Position numbers and translations under genes: made by a program
The notes under the pieces: model-generated
Told to the model about the DNA's origin: nothing
The model's input: only the letters and a program-made list of their open reading frames with translations
Databases searched by the model: none
Shown here: positions 1 to 7,905 of the stretch, in pieces
Position numbering within the stretch: position 1 is the first letter of the stretch
How the letters are laid out: each line of letters opens with the position of its first letter
Origin: Candidatus Micrarchaeota archaeon
GTDB taxonomy: Archaea > Micrarchaeota > Micrarchaeia > Anstonellales > Bilamarchaeaceae
NCBI GenBank assembly: GCA_043812915.1
Contig: JBDRLQ010000018.1
Location: 1 to 17,258, forward strand
Reading direction: 5' to 3'
DNA length: 17,258 bases

Positions 1-3000
1 GGTACTGTCATTGGAGTTGAATGAATAAAGGCCATACGTGTTGTTGTACAGCCCGATGCTGCTGAACGAGTGGCCGCTAGAGTCCGTTATCCGAACCCCA
101 TAGGTGTAATTTCTGATGTCAGGGCAGTTCTGGAGGCTGAAGCCGGTGACGGAGCTGTTTATGAGTATGCCGTAGGTGGTCCCGCTCTCGTTGTTCAGTA
201 TGTTGTTGTTCTGGCAGGAGAGTATCACGTCGGATGCGTTAACCCATATGCACTCCGGATTCGCTCCGTTCTTGCCCTCCAGGTCTGTTGTGAGCTGGTA
301 CGCGCCGCTCGAACTTATCACCTGGCAGGAGCTTAGCGGGGTTCCTTCGGATATTGTCGTATTGGCAGAGCAGTTCTTCAGGCCATCCTGCACCGCGTCA
401 TTGGGCGTCACGCAGCCGCTCCAATCCTCCCCAAGAGCCGTCATCTGGCTGACAATCTTGCTGGGCAGATTCTCCTGCGCATGGACCCATATCTGCTCTG
501 CCGGCAGCGCAATATTCCAGAACCTGAATTCATCTATGGTTCCGGCGAAGTCCTCTCCAGAATAGCCATCATAGCCAAGACGAAGTGTGGATGCCGCCAG
601 AAGGGAAGCGCTGTGCGTGCTGGTTCCCAGTGCCTGCCCGTCAAGGTAGAACTTGAGCTGGTTGGCGCCCGTGCCTTCCCTCACGAAAGCCACGTGATGC
701 CAGTTTCCGTCCGAAATCGAAGCATTTGTGCTGGAGGTGAAACCGCCGCTATCATATACCATCAAAGCGTTTCCGCTGGTCGTGTAGAAGCCAGGATCAT
801 AGTTGTTGATAGAGAAGATGCAGTTGTAAGCGCCCGATGAAGTCGTCTTTATCCACGCCTCAAGCGTGTAGTTGCCAGTTCCCACGGTCGGGAAGCCAGT
901 AGTCGCTAAAGAAACATAATCGTTGCCGCCGGCGAAATCATATGCACCGAAGCCGTCGAAGCCTCCGTTTGGCGAGTAGGTCGCTCCGGCGCTCTTCGAG
1001 GTCGCGTTGTTTAGGAGGTCCGAGTAATCGGTCGCACTGTACGCGTTTCCCGAGCCCTCGAATGGGATGTAAAGCTCAAGGAGCTCGTTCCCGTTTTTCC
1101 TCCACGTTGTGAAGTTGATTATCGGATCGCCGAATGCATGGTAGGCGTCCCAGCTGAGCATGAGGTTGTCCGTGGGCAGGAAGCCGGTTATCACCACATT
1201 GCTGATAACGAGGTCAGTAGCATCATTGTAAGCATATTCCACGTCATCCCCGAAAGTGAATTCCAGCGTGTGCACCCCATGTGTGAGCACCCGGCTCGTC
1301 TCGCTTCCTACCTCAGAACAATTATAGTCAACATAGATAACTGACTTGGTCAGGTCATCCCAGAGCGGCTCAAGCAGGGTTTCGCCGCAGCGCAGCTCCA
1401 GGAACAGAAGGTCCCCGGCCTCATCCTCGTCGTCCCAGGTCGTGCCGTTCACCGCGCGTATTGTTAGGTTGGCCGTGTCCGTTGTGTTGAAGCGCACAAT
1501 CCAGGTTCCCCCGACAATAGGGAATGACTGCACATTGAGTATGGTGATATTGGCTTCTGCGAAAGCCGGATCATCCGGCGTCAGCGTGAATGTGTATTCC
1601 TCCCCGGGCACCAAGCTCATTATCTTGACCCACTCCCCGTTGCAGAGCTGGGCATCGAAATCCCATTCCGCGCACTTGTAGAGCGCGGTCCCCCGGGCCT
1701 CTGGCACCCGTACGGTCGCCTCGGTGAAGTTCAATGCTGTCGGGTCAATCGCGTAGACATTCCCGAGCTCGCTGCTTTGGAACGGGGTGCTGCTGCCAGG
1801 CACATTCTCCATCCGAAGGTCCCCGGTGAAACTCCCATCGATAACCAGGTTCTCGAAGAAGATGTCCGCGACGGCCTGCTGCTCCACAATATCGGTCCCG
1901 GCAGTCCTCGGGATGATTGTTACGTTGTAGATGCCGTTGGTGATGCCGCTCTCCGGCAGGCTCTCCCCACCACCAAGCGTCTGCTGGAGGCCGTTGCCAT
2001 CAACCACAATCCGGGACTGGAAGCCCTGGCCTTTGGAGTTGAAGACATTGAAGGAGATTGAGCCGAAGGATATGTTGTAGCGCTCTGAGAGAAGCTGCGG
2101 GATTGTCCACCGCATCTGGTCCGGAACGCCGTCACCACCAGTGTCGATGAGCTCGAAGGGCACGCGCTCATCTGCTCCATTGGTTGTCCTGAAGAGCCGA
2201 AGCCGCTTGTTACGGACATCCTCAGAAGATACCGGCACGGACGCTGTCACATTTGAGAGCAGGACAGGGCTGGAGACCTCAGCCACCATAGTGTCCGAGG
2301 AGACCCAGCCGTGAGTGAGCACGGTCGGGGTCTCATAATCCATCTCCAGCACCCTGTTCCCGCCGAGGGTTTCAAGTAGGAATAGGTATGACATTGCGCT
2401 TCCGGCTCTGGGGGCGGAACCGGTCATTGCCTCAAGTTCAGCAGAGGCGAATGGCCGGATGCCTGTCTGCTCCGAGAGCATGTCCCGGCCGTCGAAAACA
2501 GTAACGCGCACATCCTCCGCTTCCGGAGGGAGAGCAAGGGTATAGTTCCTCTCATAATCGATATCATCCGTGGCCGTCAACTTCCAGTGCACGCGCTCTC
2601 CTGCAACCGCGGCACCCTGGACAAGATTTTCATTGTAGACGGACTGGGCTCGGACCGCTGATAGGTTGACTTCGGGGATGGTATCATTGTCGCCGAATAT
2701 CAGCACCAGGCCAGTCCTACCCACAGTGGTGTTGGTAAGATTGATATAAACGCCGAAATCCTTTGGCTTCTTCCCATTCCCATTGTCAGCCCCGTTTTCA
2801 TCGGCGCCTTCTGGCTCATCAGGCATAGTGAAGAGCTCAAGGCCGATGTCCGGCAGCGTGAGCAGCGAAGCAGAGTCCTCATCCTCGAGAAGCAGCTCTT
2901 CCGCCTCGTCGGCAAGGATGCTCAGTGTGTAGTCATACTCAGGAACGGAGACATTGACGTATATCCATTGGTTCTCGACCATCTGGATAGTGGAATAACT

Positions 3001-3189
3001 GGTCGGGATGCTCTCGTTCTGGACCATCACCTCTATAATAAGGTTCGAGAAGTCGCCAAGGAAGCCATCGCGGTGAGTGATATTGAAGAGGGAGGAGTCT
3101 GTGAAGTCGGCTATCGCTGAGAATAGGAACGGGACAACTAGCCCCATCGAAAGCATTACCATGAATGCTCTGCCGGTATCCGACTTCAT
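1..3189 (-). CDS. Giant secreted surface protein/putative adhesin, 3'-truncated by the window edge (>=1063 aa); LamG (concanavalin A-like) domain followed by right-handed beta-helix (PbH1/NosD-like) repeats
   Basis: Hand-translated open frame from ATG at 3189 (in-frame TAG just upstream, GAGGG SD-like) to position 1 with no stop, so the ORF track missed it. N-terminus MKSDTGRAFMVMLSMGLVVPFLFSAIA is signal-peptide-like. LamG motifs YTLEAWIK, DGNWHHVAFVR, KFYLDG and FAGTIDEFRFWNIAL lie at ~490-1090. Beta-helix cap and repeats SCQVISSSGAYQLTTDL..CIWVNASDVILSCQNN..YGILIN..YGVRI..YGLY lie at ~1-330. Confidence 0.9.
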   Translation of the reverse strand, partial: MKSDTGRAFMVMLSMGLVVPFLFSAIADFTDSSLFNITHRDGFLGDFSNLIIEVMVQNESIPTSYSTIQMVENQWIYVNVSVPEYDYTLSILADEAEELLLEDEDSASLLTLPDIGLELFTMPDEPEGADENGADNGNGKKPKDFGVYINLTNTTVGRTGLVLIFGDNDTIPEVNLSAVRAQSVYNENLVQGAAVAGERVHWKLTATDDIDYERNYTLALPPEAEDVRVTVFDGRDMLSEQTGIRPFASAELEAMTGSAPRAGSAMSYLFLLETLGGNRVLEMDYETPTVLTHGWVSSDTMVAEVSSPVLLSNVTASVPVSSEDVRNKRLRLFRTTNGADERVPFELIDTGGDGVPDQMRWTIPQLLSERYNISFGSISFNVFNSKGQGFQSRIVVDGNGLQQTLGGGESLPESGITNGIYNVTIIPRTAGTDIVEQQAVADIFFENLVIDGSFTGDLRMENVPGSSTPFQSSELGNVYAIDPTALNFTEATVRVPEARGTALYKCAEWDFDAQLCNGEWVKIMSLVPGEEYTFTLTPDDPAFAEANITILNVQSFPIVGGTWIVRFNTTDTANLTIRAVNGTTWDDEDEAGDLLFLELRCGETLLEPLWDDLTKSVIYVDYNCSEVGSETSRVLTHGVHTLEFTFGDDVEYAYNDATDLVISNVVITGFLPTDNLMLSWDAYHAFGDPIINFTTWRKNGNELLELYIPFEGSGNAYSATDYSDLLNNATSKSAGATYSPNGGFDGFGAYDFAGGNDYVSLATTGFPTVGTGNYTLEAWIKTTSSGAYNCIFSINNYDPGFYTTSGNALMVYDSGGFTSSTNASISDGNWHHVAFVREGTGANQLKFYLDGQALGTSTHSASLLAASTLRLGYDGYSGEDFAGTIDEFRFWNIALPAEQIWVHAQENLPSKIVSQMTALGEDWSGCVTPNDAVQDGLKNCSANTTISEGTPLSSCQVISSSGAYQLTTDLEGKNGANPECIWVNASDVILSCQNNNILNNESGTTYGILINSSVTGFSLQNCPDIRNYTYGVRITDSSGHSFSSIGLYNNTYGLYSFNSNDST

Positions 3190-3281
3190 TTTTGAAACCC
3201 TCTATTGCCTAACAATGCGCCATATGACGCACACTATCCCCGGGATGGCCCCGGAGCAAACAGAGAGAGCAAAGAATCTCA

Positions 3282-5012
3282 CTACTCCTGCCCTCTCTCT
3301 TCAGTTCTCTTTTTCCGTTTTCTTGTGACTATGAACAATATCACCGCTATCATGGTGAACAGAATCACCAGTATCAGCAGTATCAGCCAGAGCGGGAATC
3401 CCTCCGCTTTCTCAAGCGGCAGGGTGTAGCTCTGCTCCTTTACCAGGAATCCCTCGCGGGCCCCATAATCCATGTTGATTGTAATTGTCGGATTGGCCGC
3501 GAAGTCCTCGCCGCTAAGCACCAGCGGAATCCCATCTACCATAAGCGAGGCGCCGTCAATTGACTGGGTTGTTCCCTTTACCACAGTAGGCGCGCCGCCC
3601 AGAATAATATCGACATCATTCCTGAAGAAGGCGGGCTCAGCGCCGTTGTTCCTGACGGTTATCAGAAGCCTGCTTTTCTCAGGGTCATAAGAGGCGCTCT
3701 GGATAGCCAGCTCGGATATATCAGTGTAATTGATTGTTGTCAGGGGCCCTGAAAGGCTGTCCCAGCTATCCAGGACGTTCTTTGAGTATCCGTATCTTGT
3801 TATAACGGTTGCCGTGATTTCGCCTTCCATCACCTCGGATAAATCAACCGAGTACGATGTCCCCGCCTTCTCATCCCTCTCAATCAGCTGGGGCACATCA
3901 TCAGAGACGGCCAGATAGTCCGCGCCATCGACAGAAATCCTCAGCTCGTTTGTGTAGAACGCGGAACCTTCCCCGAGATTCTCCACAGTTACCATGACTT
4001 CATCGCTGTCAGCGTTGTACACGGCCTCCTCAATCCGGAGCGCTGGGACATATGCTGGGAGCGAGAAGGTATCAAGAGGCATCACGTCGGTGCCAGCGGA
4101 CGGGACCGCCTGCCCGAATTTCACTATTATGCCCAATGTGACATCCTCGCCAGTTTCCTCCTTCAATTCCCTTTTGATTATGTCCCGCAAGTCGTAGAGG
4201 GGGATTACCAGGTCATTGCTGACAAGCAGGATTGTCTTTAGCCTTCCTTCTGCGACATTTGTTTTGATGAATTGCTTTGTTAGCTGGGGGACGATTCTGC
4301 CGGAGAGAAGTATCGGCATTTTTCCCTCGGCCATTCCCTCCTCGATAAACTGCCCGGTATTGGCGATTACCGTATCCGCATCCCCGAACTCCTCCATGGT
4401 GCGCCCGACAATCAAAAGATTGTCCTCATACCGATCTTCCCCATTTCCGACGATTTCAGGATTGAATTTGCTAAGGACCGCCCTCACTTCGGCATCCACA
4501 AGGCCGAATATCATGATACTCTCGGCCCCCTGGACGACATCCTCGACATCGTCGATGTTGTCTTTGTTCGCCAGTATGACATATGAATTCGTCCTGGCGG
4601 CGTAGGTCAACACGGATAGCGCACTGTCGGAATAGGCGGAATCCACGATTATGAATTTCTTTGCTCCTGAGCGGATTGCGAGCTCAAGGTTGGTCTCGCC
4701 ACCCTCAGAAGAGGAAAATAATTCAACTGTATTGTTCCTGCTTTCAAGGGCAGTCTTGACAAAGCCGCTGATTGGCAGCTCAGATGACTGGATAAGGAGG
4801 ATGTCATGCCCGCCGCCCACTTTTGCGGCCAGGATATCAGCGCTTGAGCCCTGGGAGGGCATGAACTTGACTGGATAATCGAGAGCATTAGCGTAAAACA
4901 CTGCAGAGAGCACATCCCTGCCGTCGAAGGAGTTGACCACGACGAAATTCTCAGAAAAGGCACTGGAAATCAGAAGAAGCGTGAACAGCATGATAATCGA
5001 AAGTTTTCCCAT
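3282..5012 (-). CDS. Membrane-anchored surface protein (576 aa): cell-wall-binding-repeat-2-like alpha/beta region, two Ig/CARDB-like domains, C-terminal TM helix and basic tail
   Basis: Signal peptide MGKLSIIMLFTLLLISSAFS; CW_binding_2-like motifs IVGNGEDRYEDN and GGETNLELA; repeated Ig-like strands VMVTVENLGEG and LLITVRNNGAE; C-terminal LWLILLILVILFTMIAVILFIV followed by TRKRKKR. GGAGGG SD upstream of the ATG. Confidence 0.85.
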   Translation of the reverse strand: MGKLSIIMLFTLLLISSAFSENFVVVNSFDGRDVLSAVFYANALDYPVKFMPSQGSSADILAAKVGGGHDILLIQSSELPISGFVKTALESRNNTVELFSSSEGGETNLELAIRSGAKKFIIVDSAYSDSALSVLTYAARTNSYVILANKDNIDDVEDVVQGAESIMIFGLVDAEVRAVLSKFNPEIVGNGEDRYEDNLLIVGRTMEEFGDADTVIANTGQFIEEGMAEGKMPILLSGRIVPQLTKQFIKTNVAEGRLKTILLVSNDLVIPLYDLRDIIKRELKEETGEDVTLGIIVKFGQAVPSAGTDVMPLDTFSLPAYVPALRIEEAVYNADSDEVMVTVENLGEGSAFYTNELRISVDGADYLAVSDDVPQLIERDEKAGTSYSVDLSEVMEGEITATVITRYGYSKNVLDSWDSLSGPLTTINYTDISELAIQSASYDPEKSRLLITVRNNGAEPAFFRNDVDIILGGAPTVVKGTTQSIDGASLMVDGIPLVLSGEDFAANPTITINMDYGAREGFLVKEQSYTLPLEKAEGFPLWLILLILVILFTMIAVILFIVTRKRKKRTEERGQE

Positions 5013-5041
5013 GGTATATCCCTCCCGCGATAGTTGGAATC

Positions 5042-5066
5042 AAAAAAGAAAAAAAGAAAAGAAAAA
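5042..5066 (-). terminator. Archaeal oligo-T terminator downstream of the 225-aa gene
   Basis: The minus strand reads TTTTTCTTTTCTTTTTTTCTTTTTT starting about 18 nt after the TGA at 5085. Confidence 0.75.
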
Positions 5067-5084
5067 TACTCTTCCGGTCTCGCT

Positions 5085-5762
5085 TCAGTTGAGCTCGACG
5101 AAGAAGAAGTACGTTTCTGTCACAGCTGAGCCAGCGGTGGTCGGTACCATAATCTCATACATGGCGCCGGTTCCGTTGTAGTTCACACCGGTTGAGCTGA
5201 TGTTGGTACAGAACGCAAAGTCCGTCTCTGTCGCTCCCCCGTCATCAACACCACAGGTTGTGAACGTGCTGCTTCCCTGGTGGGCCACGTCTATGGTTGC
5301 CGCTACTGAGCCCTGCTCGAAAGCAAGGTTGCAGCCAGAGGTTGTAAAGGTCTCAGTCGCATTGTCGGCAACGTTTCCGAAGCCCCATGCGGTGTCGACC
5401 GCAACAGCGGTTGCAGTGCTTACTGCCGTCCAGTCGAAGTCGTTTCCTTCGGAAGCGCAGACTTCACCTCCGCCGTCTGCATCCCACGCCCAAGAGTATA
5501 CGTTGTTGGTCGCAGAAGCATCGGTAAGGTTCAGGCTACCAGAGATGTTTCCGAAGAATGCTGCCCACCTGTCAGTGAGTGTGTAAGCGCCAAGGGTCAC
5601 CTGTGAGATGTTACCACCTTCGGTGTCTACAGAGACGCCGGTTGTGGCCACCCATCTGGCGATTTCAACTTCACTGGCAGAGTTAGCGTCGTCAATAGCG
5701 AATACTAATCCCATACCAAGTAAAAGGACTCCGAATAGAGTCATTGCGTTTTTCCAATTCAT
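5085..5762 (-). CDS. Secreted single-domain beta-rich protein (225 aa, 'domain A'); candidate major filament/surface subunit
   Basis: Sec-type signal peptide ending LVFA; no TM anchor; acidic, Thr/Ala/Gly-rich; four Cys. Motifs EGGNISQVTL..RWAAFFGNISG and terminal YNGTGAMYEIMVP..ETYFFFVELN. Has its own promoter, SD and terminator. Confidence 0.9.
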   Translation of the reverse strand: MNWKNAMTLFGVLLLGMGLVFAIDDANSASEVEIARWVATTGVSVDTEGGNISQVTLGAYTLTDRWAAFFGNISGSLNLTDASATNNVYSWAWDADGGGEVCASEGNDFDWTAVSTATAVAVDTAWGFGNVADNATETFTTSGCNLAFEQGSVAATIDVAHQGSSTFTTCGVDDGGATETDFAFCTNISSTGVNYNGTGAMYEIMVPTTAGSAVTETYFFFVELN

Positions 5763-5766
5763 TGTT

Positions 5767-5833
5767 TCACCTAGGTGTTTTTTGTTAATCCACCTTGGAC
5801 ATGGTAACTGAAATAAGATTTATAAAGGTTTCG
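5767..5833 (-). promoter_or_regulatory. BRE-TATA promoter and strong Shine-Dalgarno of the 225-aa gene
   Basis: Minus strand CGAAACC (5833-5827) directly followed by TTTATAAA (5826-5819); AGGTGA (5772-5767) lies 4 nt before the ATG at 5762. Confidence 0.8.
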
Positions 5834-5853
5834 TCGGTTTTCGACTGATTTCA

Positions 5854-5908
5854 CCTCTGAAATGTAAACTGCAGATTATGATAAAAATTCTACAAAAAAT
5901 TTCAGAGG
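5854..5908. repeat. Perfect 10-bp inverted repeat upstream of the 225-aa gene promoter
   Basis: CCTCTGAAAT (5854-5863) and ATTTCAGAGG (5899-5908), separated by 35 AT-rich nt. Confidence 0.6.
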
Positions 5909-5940
5909 AAATGAAAAAAGCCGGAGATGGATACGCAGGC

Positions 5941-5990
5941 AAAATATAAAAAGATTGTGCCGCCCCCGGACGCGGTTTACGTCGGAGGGC
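5941..5990 (-). terminator. Hairpin plus T-rich tract ending the 533/565/635-aa operon
   Basis: Minus strand GCCCTCCGACG-TAAACCG-CGTCCGGGGGC (10 of 11 pairs including one G-U) begins 7 nt after the stop at 5998 and is followed by TCTTTTTATATTTT. Confidence 0.6.
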
Positions 5991-5997
5991 AAGCAAA

Positions 5998-7905
5998 TCA
6001 GTCGCACCTTGTAAGCAGCCAGACGACGATTGTCCAAAGTATCATTGTCAGGGCCATAATCCCAAGCGCGAACTTGAGCGGGGTTACATACTTGCGCCAT
6101 TTCTCCATTTTCCTGCGCCCCCTGAGCCTTTGCTCATGCAGCATCTCGGATTTCAGCTTCATGTAGAAGTGCCTCATCGCGAAGAAGAACCCGATGACCA
6201 ATATCATGAGGGTCCAGGTGACGTCTGCAATCTCGCAGACTGAATAAGGCAGCGAGGGCTTCTTCACGTTGATTGCCAGGTGCCCGCGTGTCATGAACCT
6301 GCCCATCTCGAAGACGTCTATCGGAACGGTGTATGTCCCCGGAGCAACATCCCAAAGGTCAACAAGCATCGTCACGACAGCGCTCTCCCCGGGAGCCAGA
6401 GTATCAGGATACTCACCCGGGAACACCATCGACTTGTACCTGGCTATCTCGAAGGTTATGTTGGTGACTGTCGCGTTGCCGATTCCAGTGTTGTTTATCA
6501 GCAGGGTGACGTTGCCCCTGAAACCGGGGTCCAGCTCAATCGTCTTGTTCTGCAGATTGAGCGTCGGCTTGTGCAGTATCAGGCAGACGTTCGATATCGT
6601 GGATGCGATTAGCGTTGGGTCCGACTTCCCGATGCATTGGAGGGCCGAGACCAGGGACTCGTTGTAATCAAGTATCTCGAGAGGCTCCATGTCAATTACT
6701 ATCTTCCCTATGATGGTAGTATTGGCGCGGATGGTGTCCTGTATCTCAACATAGGCGTATTCCCCGAAATCCCCGCGCACGAAGCACTGCACATCAGTAA
6801 GGTCGGCGGTCGAAGTCAGCTCGAAAAGCTTCTGGCCATCGAGGGGGTAATCAACAGTCACACAGAAGTCATACGGGTTGACTGAGAGCAGAACATCTGG
6901 AGGTGGTGGCGGCACATGGGGATAGTAAGGGGTCCCTGGAGGCCCGCCTCCCGGAGGGACATAGGGCTGCTCGCCCACCTGGAAGGTCACGCTGTCAGAG
7001 CCGACATTTCCAGTGGTGTCCTGGCCATAGAGCGTGAGCGAGTGTGTGCCAGTGCCCACATTGAGTATGTATGCGGGACCGCAGACAGGCATGTTGACGC
7101 TCGCGCCGTCCAAAACATACCAGCAGCTCACGATGTCATCATCGTCCATCATGATATATGTGAATGGGATGGTGCCGCTCTCATATGTAATCGGCTCAGG
7201 AGTGAGGATTTCCACGTAAGGCGGAAGGTCGGGCCCTATCCCGTTTATGAAAACCTGGTATGGAGCGCCAGGGGAATCAGTGGTAAGGAAAACAGTATCG
7301 TTTATCGATGAAATCGCCGTGTCCATCGTGGTGTAATCATCCCGCACAAGGCCGATTACAAGGTAATTGACATCAGGCACGATGGATACGTTCATGTCAT
7401 CCGTCGCGTTCATCACGGAAATGTTCACCAGGCTTCCGCTCTGGTTGCGCTCAACCCCGAAATCACCGTTGAACCATCCGCGCAGCCTTGACAATTTCCA
7501 CCTTGCCGCCAGATCCATATCCGTTGTGTTCGAGATGAACACGTACGGTATAGATGGATACCAGGCCCTGAAGCTTGAGATTTCGAGAGGGAGAATCGGG
7601 CAGTTGTCCGGAGGGACTGAGGTTATGGGCACTGATGTATGGGTGACAAGAAGGTAGTTGCCATCGAAGCCGTCCGCATACGCCAGAGAGACATGCCTGC
7701 CCAAAAGCTCGGATGCCTCTGATGCGCACACACGAAGCAGGGCATCCGGATTCTCCAGGGAATTGTCCTTGTACGAAGTGGAATTCTCATCATACACGAG
7801 CGATGAATACAGCGAGTCGTTCACATGCACTATCGCCACGTCGTAGAACTGGGCGTGGGCTGCCGGAAGGAGGCAGAGCAATAGCAAGGCTGCGAATGCT
7901 TTCAT
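5998..7905 (-). CDS. Membrane-anchored surface protein (~635 aa): domain C, Ig-like domain, Pro-rich linker, two further Ig-like domains, two C-terminal TM helices
   Basis: Signal peptide MKAFAALLLLCLLPAAHA. ATG at 7905 overlaps the upstream TGA (TGATG coupling); the ORF track uses GTG at 7908. Ig-like PPYVEILTP..CWYVLDG..GTHSLTLYGQDTTGNVGSDSVTF; linker PYVPPGGGPPGTPYYPHVPPPPP; two hydrophobic C-terminal segments flank a basic loop (RLRGRRKMEKWRK). Confidence 0.88.
   Translation of the reverse strand: MKAFAALLLLCLLPAAHAQFYDVAIVHVNDSLYSSLVYDENSTSYKDNSLENPDALLRVCASEASELLGRHVSLAYADGFDGNYLLVTHTSVPITSVPPDNCPILPLEISSFRAWYPSIPYVFISNTTDMDLAARWKLSRLRGWFNGDFGVERNQSGSLVNISVMNATDDMNVSIVPDVNYLVIGLVRDDYTTMDTAISSINDTVFLTTDSPGAPYQVFINGIGPDLPPYVEILTPEPITYESGTIPFTYIMMDDDDIVSCWYVLDGASVNMPVCGPAYILNVGTGTHSLTLYGQDTTGNVGSDSVTFQVGEQPYVPPGGGPPGTPYYPHVPPPPPDVLLSVNPYDFCVTVDYPLDGQKLFELTSTADLTDVQCFVRGDFGEYAYVEIQDTIRANTTIIGKIVIDMEPLEILDYNESLVSALQCIGKSDPTLIASTISNVCLILHKPTLNLQNKTIELDPGFRGNVTLLINNTGIGNATVTNITFEIARYKSMVFPGEYPDTLAPGESAVVTMLVDLWDVAPGTYTVPIDVFEMGRFMTRGHLAINVKKPSLPYSVCEIADVTWTLMILVIGFFFAMRHFYMKLKSEMLHEQRLRGRRKMEKWRKYVTPLKFALGIMALTMILWTIVVWLLTRCD

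Noticed and set aside
3262..3300. AGAGAGAG/CTCTCTCT inverted repeat across the 576-aa stop
   Set aside because: Low-complexity 8-bp stem with a long loop and no strong T tract; plausibly chance.
70..3429. Many short plus-strand ORFs and off-frame minus-strand ORFs in the track
   Set aside because: They are shadows of the long minus-strand frames (1-3189 and 3282-5012), which carry recognisable domains.
5085..5762. 225-aa protein as a type IV pilin or archaellin
   Set aside because: It has no class III signal (K/R-G cleavage before a hydrophobic helix); the hydrophobic segment precedes a signal peptidase I-type site.
5876..6166. 74-aa and 79-aa ORFs spanning the intergenic gap
   Set aside because: They overlap the 635-aa gene end and its terminator and have no protein-like features.
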